From: Flavobacteriales bacterium
Lineage (GTDB): Bacteria; Bacteroidota; Bacteroidia; Flavobacteriales_F; PHOS-HE28
NCBI GenBank assembly: GCA_020437805.1
Contig: JAGQVV010000130.1
Coordinates: 1 to 54,415, forward strand
Reading direction: 5' to 3'
Length of the DNA: 54,415 bases
Under the pieces are notes generated by a model. It was given only the letters and a program-made list of their open reading frames with translations. It was not told the origin of the DNA and made no database searches. This document shows, one piece after another, positions 9,203-17,764 of this stretch. How positions within the stretch are numbered: position 1 is the first letter of the stretch; each line of letters starts with the position of its first letter. The position numbers were made by a program, and so were the translations under genes.

Positions 9203-9268
9203 CGGGTCAGGGTTGAGGGAAGTGAAGATACGGGCATGATGGATCCCGGGACGAACGGGTGGAAAAGA

Positions 9269-9298
9269 AATGGGGCGCAAGTTCCCTTGCGCCCCATT
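9269..9298 (-). terminator. Rho-independent terminator after cargo B
   Basis: Perfect 13-bp stem AATGGGGCGCAAG / CTTGCGCCCCATT with a 4-nt loop. On the minus strand it is followed by TCTTTTCC, and it sits 20 nt past the stop at 9318. Confidence 0.7.
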
Positions 9299-9317
9299 GA
9301 TCTCGTTCGGATGCTCG

Positions 9318-11225
9318 TCAACGGATCACGGTCATACGCTTGCTCAAGCGCACCTCATCGGCGGTCATGGTGTAGAAATACACACCTTCACCCAACGTGC
9401 GGGTATCCAATTGGATCCGGTGTTGACCGGCCGGCATGCTTCCCAGGTTCTGCGCCATCACGAGCTTTCCGCTCATGTCACGTACCTCAAAGCTCACTTT
9501 GGCGGCGTCGTCCAGGGAGTAAGCGATGTTCGTTTGGTCGCGGGTCGGGTTCGGCATGTTCTGCCCGAGGCTGGTTCCTGCATTCTCCACGACGTCAGTA
9601 AGTCCAACGTTGATATCATCGCCCACGACCATGCGCACCATCGGCGTCTGGGTGGTGTAGAACCAGGTCGGGCCGGTACCATTGTCATAGAAGATGAATG
9701 AGGTTTGGGCCGGGCTACTGCCGTTGGAGCTCACGCGTGCATTGCCGAAGCACTGTACCGCAGCCATGTAATCCATCCCTGCGGTCAGTTGCACTGGCGG
9801 GTTGAACTCCATGATCACGAAGTTCGAACCGCCCACGGCGTTCACTTGGCCGGGTTCAATGGAATACTCATCCGTGTTCTCGATCACCGGGAAATCGCTC
9901 TGGTTCGCATCGAGGAGTTGACCCCTGATCAGCACGCCTTCTTCAGAACCTGTGTTGAATGCGACAGCTATGGCGTACAACATGTCATCGTAGGCGGCAT
10001 GGAACATATTGCCCAACACGAATTCACTTCCGGAGCCATCGCCATCTTCGAAGATCGAGGTCGCGGTTCCTCCATCTCGTCCGTAATACGAGGGGTGCAC
10101 CTTGAAACTGCCCATGCCGCTGTTGTCGTCCGGTGTCAGATCGCCATCGGCGCTGATCATGGTGCTCAGGTCGTATGTGCCTTCCTCAGCAGGCGGAGTG
10201 AAGCCCGGGTCCACGAAGATGGTCCGGATTTCTCCAGGCGAAAGTGCGTCCACGTTTTGGTCCTGGTCAAGGATCACATCTGTACCGCGCTCCACCTTGA
10301 AGTTCGCTGTCAGGTTGGTCAGTTCCACTGAGCCATTGTTCAATACGGTCATGTTCAAACCCATCGGGCGCAGCTGCGAGTATGGGAACACGGTATAGGG
10401 CAGCGAATCGTACGTGGCTGCTGCGGCGAGGTCCCAAAAGTTGGTTCCGCTCCCGGTCATACGCACATCCGTCGAGTTCAACTCGATGATCTTGATGTCG
10501 TCCACTTGCCAGAAGTAATGGCTGGTACCGGCATCGCTGCTATGGCGGAACCGGATCTTCACATTGCTGGGATCGCCTGAGATCGCTTGGGTGATGTTGA
10601 ATCTACGGGTCTCGGTGAAGGTCGGGTCCTGGTTGGTGGGCAGACCTTCGTTGGTCAAGATCGCGGTCGGCCAAGTGCTGCCTCCATCGGTGCTAACTTC
10701 CAGGAAGAAAGGGGAGTCCCCGCAGCAAAAGCGGGACCGCTGTTGGAACTCGATCTCCACGTACGGTGTTGCGCTGAGGTCGATCGTTGGCGAAACCAAA
10801 CTTCCTTCCCAACTTGTGAATTCACTGGTAGGCAGCGCCGTGGGGGTGTTGCCTGCCCATGTGCAATTGGCGGAATCAGAGGCGAACTTGGCGAAACCAT
10901 TGCTGAACGTGGTCGACTGGATCCGCTGGTTCGTCGGGGTATAGGCTCCGCGGGGTGCGTTGGTATTGAACCTCCAGATGTTGCCGTTGGCACCATCCGT
11001 GGTCCAAGCTCCGGATGGGTTGTTGCCTGCCAGACCGTTGGCGAAATCCTCGGACCACACGATATCACCACCGTCTCGCGCACCGTCCTCCAGGGGAGGA
11101 TGGTGCGGCTGCGTGGCGCGAATGGCCTGCGGGAACTGAGCACTCGGCTTGGTCACCCATTGCGAAAAGAGCGTACCCGGCAAGGCCAAGGCCATCAGGA
11201 GCACTGGAGCGTAGTTTGTTCTCAT
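9318..11225 (-). CDS. Secreted T9SS cargo protein B (paralog of A)
   Basis: Trimmed to ATG 11223-11225 (MRTNYAPVLLMALALPGTLFSQ signal peptide). It has the same module order as A. CTD: NMPNPTRDQTNIAYSL...GVYFYTMTADEVRLSKRMTVIR. Confidence 0.8.
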   Translation of the reverse strand: MRTNYAPVLLMALALPGTLFSQWVTKPSAQFPQAIRATQPHHPPLEDGARDGGDIVWSEDFANGLAGNNPSGAWTTDGANGNIWRFNTNAPRGAYTPTNQRIQSTTFSNGFAKFASDSANCTWAGNTPTALPTSEFTSWEGSLVSPTIDLSATPYVEIEFQQRSRFCCGDSPFFLEVSTDGGSTWPTAILTNEGLPTNQDPTFTETRRFNITQAISGDPSNVKIRFRHSSDAGTSHYFWQVDDIKIIELNSTDVRMTGSGTNFWDLAAAATYDSLPYTVFPYSQLRPMGLNMTVLNNGSVELTNLTANFKVERGTDVILDQDQNVDALSPGEIRTIFVDPGFTPPAEEGTYDLSTMISADGDLTPDDNSGMGSFKVHPSYYGRDGGTATSIFEDGDGSGSEFVLGNMFHAAYDDMLYAIAVAFNTGSEEGVLIRGQLLDANQSDFPVIENTDEYSIEPGQVNAVGGSNFVIMEFNPPVQLTAGMDYMAAVQCFGNARVSSNGSSPAQTSFIFYDNGTGPTWFYTTQTPMVRMVVGDDINVGLTDVVENAGTSLGQNMPNPTRDQTNIAYSLDDAAKVSFEVRDMSGKLVMAQNLGSMPAGQHRIQLDTRTLGEGVYFYTMTADEVRLSKRMTVIR

Positions 11226-11396
11226 TGCGTGGAATTGATGTTCGTGTTGGGAAAGAGCGAAGGTAGTGGAAGTATGACGTTCGTTTTCCGGTCCGGTGCT
11301 GCTTTGCGTGCCGAATGATCGGGTTACCGCGCGAAGATCGCGAGGGAACGGTGCATCCTGATCGGTGAACGGTACCGGCCGGTGGTTCACGGGTGA

Positions 11397-13181
11397 TCAG
11401 TGCGCTACGATGAACGAACCGTGCGCGTGCCACCGTTCACTGAGGACCGTGACGTGATAAGATCCTGAAGACCAGTTGGATGTGTCCAATCGTAAGGTCC
11501 TGTTCCCGCTGGAGCCCGAATTGCGCTTGAGAAGCACTACCCGACCGTCCGCAGCGCACACCTCCACTTGGACCATACCGCTCTCCGGAACGCTGAGGTC
11601 CAGCTGGATATGCATGTCAGCGGGCGATGGGTGCATGCTGATCTCGATCTCCGGGAATTGTGGGTCCACGAGCCCGACAGCCACATCGGCCAGATGGAGC
11701 CGAACGAAAGGTGCAATGGTCAGGTATGTGAGGTCGAAAGCAAGCCCTTCAAGGAGGACACTTCCTCCCAGCGGGGCCGGACCGCCCAACGCGATCTCCA
11801 CGTTGCCTTCATCACCTGTTTCCAAATGTTGGATCCCAACGAAGTGATCACCTATGTGGAGTTCCGGCGTCATGCTGAATGGCAGGTACAAGGCCTCACC
11901 GTTGTACGTGCGTTCGATGTCCTCTTGTGTGATGCTCCTGCGTGCGGAGGTGTCCACGAATGAGAAATTGGCGTCCATCAGGATCGCGCGTATCTCCTCT
12001 CCTTCATTGCTGGAAGTGGCCAAGAGCACGCTGGCACCTTGAGCGGTGGAACCGGCGTTGACGATCTCCATACGATTGGCCAGAACGAAGTTCCCTCTAC
12101 CTCCAGCACGGTGCTCCACCAGGTCATTGTCCACGCTCATGGCACCGTAACCGGCACTCCAACCTGCTGCCGTGTATTCGATCGTACCGGAAGCATTATT
12201 GTCGCTTTCATCATCGTCCGGAACGTCTGAAGGGATCTTCCCCACCACTGTAAGCCGCCCAGCCCCTGTGGGTGTCCACGTGTGGGTGACCTGGACCGTA
12301 GCATGTTCGCCGGGCGCGAGGACGCCTGGGCCGGCTGTGCGGAACCCCTCTGCGAAGGCCCCGTTCCATAGAAGGTCTACATCCATCGAATCGACCTCCG
12401 CGCTGGAGGTCCCATTGTTCACCACCTCCATGGTCGCCGATAGGCCACCGAACTGTTCGACGGGAAGTTGACGGTAGGGCAGGGTTTGCTCGAACATGTT
12501 GAATGCCGGCATCGTGGGGTCACCGAGAAGCACTTTGGAAACGGTCAGATCGTTCGCGAAACGTTCACGAAGGCACATGTCGTCCATTGCGAAGCCCGAG
12601 GCCCATCCGCCGCCGTCGCTCCATCGAAAGCGGATCATCACCTCCGGTAGGCCGTCGAACGCGGAGAGGTCCATGCGTATCGTTTGCCATGCACCGGGAA
12701 GAGGAATGATCGTATCGAGCAGACTCCACTCGTCATTTCCATTGCGCGCCTCCACAATGGCAGGACCGCCTCCCAGGGTCCCCTCATGGAACGCTCGGAA
12801 CTCCAGTGCCATACCCACGTGGTCGCTCAGGTCGAACAACGGGGTGGTAAGCTTTACGTCGTTCATACCGCAATTGCACGGGTCCGCCGCGTCGTTGGCT
12901 TGCACGAAAGTGTTGCCAATGGGGATATCCGGTACCGGGAAATATCCGTTCGCATTGGCTGCGGTGGCATCAGCGAGCTCCCATGCGGTAACGATCACTC
13001 CGGTCGGCTCACCTCCGGGTGTTTGGGCGTCCACGAACGGACCGATATCCCACCCATTGAATTGGTCGATGGTTTCGAAGTCATAGAAGGCGATACAATC
13101 GGTGGCGCGCTGAGCGGCCAGGTCGGCCGTGGCGGATAGCAGAGCGATCAGGATGATCGCACGTGTTCGGGATCCAAGCAT
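11397..13181 (-). CDS. Secreted T9SS cargo protein C (diverged paralog of A/B)
   Basis: 594 aa with signal peptide MLGSRTRAIILIALLSATADLAAQ and an MAM-like module (VMIRFRWSDGGGWASGFAMDDMCLRE). The CTD is diverged (MHPSPADMHIQLDL...SYHVTVLSERWHAHGSFIVAH). Confidence 0.7.
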   Translation of the reverse strand: MLGSRTRAIILIALLSATADLAAQRATDCIAFYDFETIDQFNGWDIGPFVDAQTPGGEPTGVIVTAWELADATAANANGYFPVPDIPIGNTFVQANDAADPCNCGMNDVKLTTPLFDLSDHVGMALEFRAFHEGTLGGGPAIVEARNGNDEWSLLDTIIPLPGAWQTIRMDLSAFDGLPEVMIRFRWSDGGGWASGFAMDDMCLRERFANDLTVSKVLLGDPTMPAFNMFEQTLPYRQLPVEQFGGLSATMEVVNNGTSSAEVDSMDVDLLWNGAFAEGFRTAGPGVLAPGEHATVQVTHTWTPTGAGRLTVVGKIPSDVPDDDESDNNASGTIEYTAAGWSAGYGAMSVDNDLVEHRAGGRGNFVLANRMEIVNAGSTAQGASVLLATSSNEGEEIRAILMDANFSFVDTSARRSITQEDIERTYNGEALYLPFSMTPELHIGDHFVGIQHLETGDEGNVEIALGGPAPLGGSVLLEGLAFDLTYLTIAPFVRLHLADVAVGLVDPQFPEIEISMHPSPADMHIQLDLSVPESGMVQVEVCAADGRVVLLKRNSGSSGNRTLRLDTSNWSSGSYHVTVLSERWHAHGSFIVAH

Positions 13182-13184
13182 GGT

Positions 13185-16052
13185 TCAGACTTCAGCCTCC
13201 GCATATGACTCGATCGGCGGACATGTGCAGACCAGATTGCGATCCCCGTAGGCGCTATCGACCCGGTTCACGGTAGGCCAATATTTCCAGTCCCGGTTCA
13301 CATGCACCGGGAATGCCGCTTTCTCACGCCGGTAGATATGGTTCCACGTGTCCGCACAAACCTCCTCATTGGTGTGCGGAGCCATTTTCAACACGTTGTC
13401 CGCTTTGTCGGCGGTGCCATTCACGATCTCGTCGATCTCCTGTCGTATGCCCACCATGGCTTCGACGAAACGGTCCAATTCCACTTTCGCTTCGCTCTCC
13501 GTGGGTTCCACCATCAAGGTGCCGGCCACGGGGAAGCTTACGGTAGGTGCGTGGAACCCATAATCCATCAATCGTTTCGCAATGTCCTCCACCTCCACAC
13601 CAGCGGTCTTCTTGAAGCCACGGCAATCGAGGATCATCTCATGGGCCACCATGCCTTCGTCGCCGGTGTACAGGATAGGATAGTGTGGTTCGAGCTTCGC
13701 TCGCAGGTAATTGGCGTTCAGGATCGCGTATTTGGTGCTATCCGTAAGACCAGCGCCCCCCAACATTTTGATGTACCCGTAGCTGATCAGCAAGATAAGT
13801 GAGCTTCCCCAAGGTGCGCTGCTCACAGCGGATACAGCCTTTTCCCCACCGGTCTTGATCAAGGGGTGGCCCGGAAGGAAGGGCTTCAGCTTATCATTCA
13901 CACAGATCGGACCCATGCCCGGGCCTCCACCACCGTGTGGTATCGCGAAGGTCTTGTGCAGGTTCAAGTGACATACATCGGCACCGATCTCCCCGGGGCT
14001 GGTGAGGCCGACCTGTGCGTTCATGTTCGCACCGTCCATGTACACCAAGCCGCCGTTCGCATGGATCGTCGAGGTGATCTCCCGAATGGCCCCCTCATAC
14101 ACACCATGCGTGCTCGGGTACGTGACCATCAGGCAGCTCAGTGTCTCCTTGTATTGTTCGGCCTTGGCCTTGAGGTCCTCCACATCCACATGGCCTTCCT
14201 CATCGGCCTTCACCACCACTACCTGCATGCCGGCCATGACAGCACTGGCCGGGTTGGTGCCGTGGGCGGAAGATGGGATAAGCGCGATCGTGCGACCGTG
14301 GTCCCCGCGCGACTCATGGTAGGCGCGGATCGTCAACAACCCGGCATATTCACCCTGAGCACCGCTGTTCGGTTGCAGGCTAACGCCCGTGAAACCGGTG
14401 GCCTTTGCCAATGCATCGCTCAATTCGTGGATCACCGCTTGGTAGCCAGCGGCCTGTTCAACAGGAATGAATGGATGCAGGTTCGCCCATTCAGGCCAGC
14501 CCAAGGGAAGCAGGGTACTTGCCGCATTGAGCTTCATGGTGCACGAGCCAAGAGGGATCATACCGTGCACCAGACTGAAATCCTTGTTCTCCAACCGTCG
14601 AATATATCGCTGTAGTTCGAGCTCCGTATGGAACGAATTGAACACAGGATGGCTCAGTATCTCCGAGCTGCGGCGCATTTCGGAGGGGATCGAACTTGCA
14701 GCCCCGTTGGTGGAAGGGGAGTGTTCCACGCCACATGCTCGGGAGAGCACATCGATGATGTCCTCCACATCATGGGGTCGCACGGTCTCATCCAATGCGA
14801 TGCTCACATGGTCCCCGGTATATCGGAAGTTGATGCCCTTGGCTTCGGAGGCCTCTCGTACCTTTTCCAAAGAAGTACCGCTCGCCAAGGAGAGCGTCAC
14901 CGTGTCGAAGAACGTGGGGTTCACCAAGCCGTATCCCAGCTCCTTGGCGGACTTGGCAACTCGCACGGTATGACCATGCACGTTCTCGGCGATGCGCTTG
15001 AGGCCATGCGGGCCGTGGTACACGGCATACATTGACGCCATGACCGCCAAAAGGGCCTGCGCGGTGCAGATGTTGCTTGTCGCCTTGTCCCTGCGGATAT
15101 GCTGTTCACGCGTTTGCAGGGCCATGCGCAAACCGCGGCGGCCACGACGGTCCTGGCTAACGCCAATGATGCGACCAGGAATGATCCGTTTGAACTCGTC
15201 CGAGGTGGCGAAGAAACCCGCATGCGGGCCTCCATATCCCATGGGTACACCAAAGCGCTGGCTGTTACCCACACAGACGTCGGCACCCCATTCCCCTGGC
15301 GGGGATAGAAGGACCAGTGAAAGGATATCGGCGCACACGGCGACCCTGACCCCGGCGGCCTTCACCTTGCTCACCAGATCACGATGGTCCTCCACGCTTC
15401 CTTCGACCGAAGGGTATTGCAAGGCCAGGCCGAAGAAAGTACCGTCGGGTGCGAAATCCTTCACATCACCGACCACCAATTCCACTCCGATGGGTGTGCA
15501 GCGCGTGCGCAACACCTCGATGTTCTGCGGGTATAGCCCCTTGTCCACGAAGAAGCGTTTCGCACCGGCCAGTTCCTTGGAACGTGCCGCGTGGAGCATG
15601 TGCATCGCTTCTCCCAATCCCGTTGCTTCGTCCAACAACGATGCGTTCGCGATCGGCAGTCCTGTTAGATCGCTCACCATCGTCTGGAAGTTCAACAAGG
15701 CTTCCAGTCGGCCTTGGGAGATCTCGGCCTGGTATGGGGTGTAAGCCGTATACCATCCCGGGTTCTCAAAGATGTTCCGTTGAATGGGAGGTGGCAGAAC
15801 GGTCCCGCTGTAACCCATGCCGATGAAGCTCCGGAACACCTTGTTCTTGGCACCGAGGGTCTTCATGTTCTCCAAATGCTGCCTTTCGGTCAGTGCAGGA
15901 CCAAGGTCCAGGGCCTTAGGGGATCTGATCCCCTTCGGAATGGTACGCTCGATGAGCTCATCGAGGCTGCCCACACCAATTGCCTTCAACATCTCAGCGG
16001 TCTCCGCCGCATTGGGGCCTATGTGGCGTTCTTGGTAACTGATGTAGCGCAT
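13185..16052 (-). CDS. gcvP: Glycine dehydrogenase (aminomethyl-transferring), single-chain P protein
   Basis: Trimmed to ATG 16050-16052 (MRYISYQERHIGPN...), giving ~955 aa. PLP-lysine context NLHKTFAIPHGGGGPGMGPI. Confidence 0.95.
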   Translation of the reverse strand: MRYISYQERHIGPNAAETAEMLKAIGVGSLDELIERTIPKGIRSPKALDLGPALTERQHLENMKTLGAKNKVFRSFIGMGYSGTVLPPPIQRNIFENPGWYTAYTPYQAEISQGRLEALLNFQTMVSDLTGLPIANASLLDEATGLGEAMHMLHAARSKELAGAKRFFVDKGLYPQNIEVLRTRCTPIGVELVVGDVKDFAPDGTFFGLALQYPSVEGSVEDHRDLVSKVKAAGVRVAVCADILSLVLLSPPGEWGADVCVGNSQRFGVPMGYGGPHAGFFATSDEFKRIIPGRIIGVSQDRRGRRGLRMALQTREQHIRRDKATSNICTAQALLAVMASMYAVYHGPHGLKRIAENVHGHTVRVAKSAKELGYGLVNPTFFDTVTLSLASGTSLEKVREASEAKGINFRYTGDHVSIALDETVRPHDVEDIIDVLSRACGVEHSPSTNGAASSIPSEMRRSSEILSHPVFNSFHTELELQRYIRRLENKDFSLVHGMIPLGSCTMKLNAASTLLPLGWPEWANLHPFIPVEQAAGYQAVIHELSDALAKATGFTGVSLQPNSGAQGEYAGLLTIRAYHESRGDHGRTIALIPSSAHGTNPASAVMAGMQVVVVKADEEGHVDVEDLKAKAEQYKETLSCLMVTYPSTHGVYEGAIREITSTIHANGGLVYMDGANMNAQVGLTSPGEIGADVCHLNLHKTFAIPHGGGGPGMGPICVNDKLKPFLPGHPLIKTGGEKAVSAVSSAPWGSSLILLISYGYIKMLGGAGLTDSTKYAILNANYLRAKLEPHYPILYTGDEGMVAHEMILDCRGFKKTAGVEVEDIAKRLMDYGFHAPTVSFPVAGTLMVEPTESEAKVELDRFVEAMVGIRQEIDEIVNGTADKADNVLKMAPHTNEEVCADTWNHIYRREKAAFPVHVNRDWKYWPTVNRVDSAYGDRNLVCTCPPIESYAEAEV

Positions 16053-16079
16053 GATCGTAACTGTGTTCTCAAAGGCGTG

Positions 16080-16087
16080 CAAATATA
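16080..16087 (-). promoter_or_regulatory. Putative -7 promoter box for gcvP
   Basis: The minus strand reads TATATTTG (TAnnTTTG), 27 nt upstream of the gcvP ATG. Confidence 0.35.
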
Positions 16088-16158
16088 CTGGTGGGCCAAC
16101 GAGCGGGCCGGTCCGGCGTGTACCAGGTCCTGCCATGGTAGGGCTCTGCTCCAAGGTC

Positions 16159-16166
16159 TATCTTTG
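16159..16166 (+). promoter_or_regulatory. Putative -7 promoter box for the 16178 operon
   Basis: TATCTTTG (TAnnTTTG), 11 nt upstream of ATG 16178. Confidence 0.3.
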
Positions 16167-16177
16167 GCCGCCCTCCG

Positions 16178-16819
16178 ATGTACCTGCTCGTTCGTGCCCT
16201 TCTTCTGTCCGTGGCCTTTGGACCAATTGTCTTCGGGGCATGTGCGCAGGACCGGATCCTATTGATGAACGGGGAGTTGATCCAAGCCAAGGTCATCGGG
16301 CAGAGCACATTGGAGGTGCGCTACTTGGAGACCCGCAAGAACGGAACGGTACGCGAGCGTTCCGAACCGACAGAAGGGGTGTTCAGCGTGACCGATAGCT
16401 TGGGTAGGGAGCAGGTCTGGTACTTCCATGACACCGTGTTCGGGAACGACCTGACCACGGACCAGATGCGGTGGTTCATCAAAGGAGAGCAGGATGCCAG
16501 ATCCGGATACAAGCCGTTATGGCCCATGATCGAAGCATTCTCGGTGGGTGCTGGGCTCACGATCGGATTGAACCTGGAAATGAACGCTTTGTTCATACCG
16601 CCGGTAACCGCTGGGTTGATGACATTGCCTCGCGTTCATGTCACGAAAGGTTCCATCACGGACCCGTTGATGGAAGGGGACGAATACTACGCCACGGGTT
16701 ATGCGCGTGTCGGACGTTCCAAACGCGTTATACGGTCCCTGATCGCAGGTTTCGTTGGTGTCGGAGTCGGCTTGGCGGTGCGTCAATTGGTGATCAATCC
16801 CAATTTGGACCACGAATAG
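16178..16819 (+). CDS. Hypothetical envelope/membrane protein
   Basis: 213 aa with an N-terminal signal-like segment (MYLLVRALLLSVAFGPIVFGACAQ) and hydrophobic segments in the C-terminal half. I recognise no family. Confidence 0.55.
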   Translation: MYLLVRALLLSVAFGPIVFGACAQDRILLMNGELIQAKVIGQSTLEVRYLETRKNGTVRERSEPTEGVFSVTDSLGREQVWYFHDTVFGNDLTTDQMRWFIKGEQDARSGYKPLWPMIEAFSVGAGLTIGLNLEMNALFIPPVTAGLMTLPRVHVTKGSITDPLMEGDEYYATGYARVGRSKRVIRSLIAGFVGVGVGLAVRQLVINPNLDHE

Positions 16820-16824
16820 TCCGC

Positions 16825-17736
16825 ATGGAAGGATCGGCGGGAACGTCCCCGGTACGTGGTCCGTTGGCCTCACTCACTTCCGTCTTCCTCTATGGCCATG
16901 GTCTGTTGGCGATCGGTGCAGCCGCACAGCGTTGGTGGTTGGGCGAGTTGGGCATCCCGACCAACTGGAAAGGGATCCTTGCATCCGCAATGATCACGAT
17001 CGCGGGTTACGGCTACCTGCGTCTGGTAAGGGCCTCGGAACCTGATCCCATTCCTTCGCCCCACATTCATTGGTTCCGGCGCCATCGAGCGTTCATGTGG
17101 GGTCTGGTCCTATTGTTCTGCGCTGCAGCGATCGGCCTCTCCCTCGGTCAGCGACTGCTGCTTGGCCCGTGGAGCTTGGCGGTGGTGGTCGTATCGGGTC
17201 TTTACTTGCTACCGCTCATCGGTCGTTCCGGCAAAGCGGTCGGCTTGCGCGAAATACCGGGTGTGAAGGCCTTCCTCGTGGCGGCGGCGTGGACCTTCGT
17301 GACCTGCGGGCTCGTAGACGCTGATGGTCGGTTCGACCGCGAGCTGGTCGTGTGCCTCGCGATCACGCAGTTTTGCTTCTTTCTTGCCCTGGCGATCGCG
17401 TTCGACATCGGTGACCTTCGGTATGACCGGCCAGGATTGAGGACCATTCCCCAATTGCTTGGTATTCGGGGTGCCAAGGTGTTGGCCATTTTGCTCTTGC
17501 TGCCATGGCTATGGTACTACTTGGTGTTCGTGATCCTCACCTGTTCGCCGATCGAACAAGGATGGAGAGAACCCGCGGTGGACCTCATTTTCATGTTGCC
17601 GCTTCTGGGCATGGTCCTGACAGCGTTCGTGATCGCGTTCGTGAACCCCGGACGACCCAAGTCGTATTTCGCGATCACGCTGGACGGAATGGTGCTTCTG
17701 ATCCCGCTGCTCGGATGGATCGGTGGCCGGTTGTGA
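16825..17736 (+). CDS. Polytopic membrane protein, UbiA-prenyltransferase-like (non-canonical)
   Basis: From ATG 16825, 303 aa with ~9 hydrophobic helices. A second Asp-rich motif is present (FDIGDLRYDRPGLRTIP, i.e. DxxDxxxD...G..T.P). I do not see a canonical first NDxxDxxxD motif. Confidence 0.4.
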   Translation: MEGSAGTSPVRGPLASLTSVFLYGHGLLAIGAAAQRWWLGELGIPTNWKGILASAMITIAGYGYLRLVRASEPDPIPSPHIHWFRRHRAFMWGLVLLFCAAAIGLSLGQRLLLGPWSLAVVVVSGLYLLPLIGRSGKAVGLREIPGVKAFLVAAAWTFVTCGLVDADGRFDRELVVCLAITQFCFFLALAIAFDIGDLRYDRPGLRTIPQLLGIRGAKVLAILLLLPWLWYYLVFVILTCSPIEQGWREPAVDLIFMLPLLGMVLTAFVIAFVNPGRPKSYFAITLDGMVLLIPLLGWIGGRL

Positions 17737-17764
17737 CCGCAGCCGCTACTTTTGGTCGCCTACC

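Noticed and set aside
9203-9280. 26-codon 5' extension of cargo A in the ORF track (TTG start at 9280)
   Set aside because: The extension runs through the 13-bp-stem terminator of the upstream gene. The signal peptide begins exactly at the internal ATG (9200-9202). I applied the same logic to the extensions at 11226-11390, 16053-16154, 20249-20407, 21091-21351, 22798-22923, 22827-22874, 31243-31350, 35763-35858, 3046-3171, 3727-3924, 5679-5813, 16471-16824 and 17723-17764.
16053-16177. Possible glycine riboswitch in the gcvP leader
   Set aside because: Only 27 nt separate the TATATTTG -7 box from the ATG. The whole divergent spacer is 125 nt, and I could not find the conserved GGAGA...CACCG...GGGGCAA aptamer elements.
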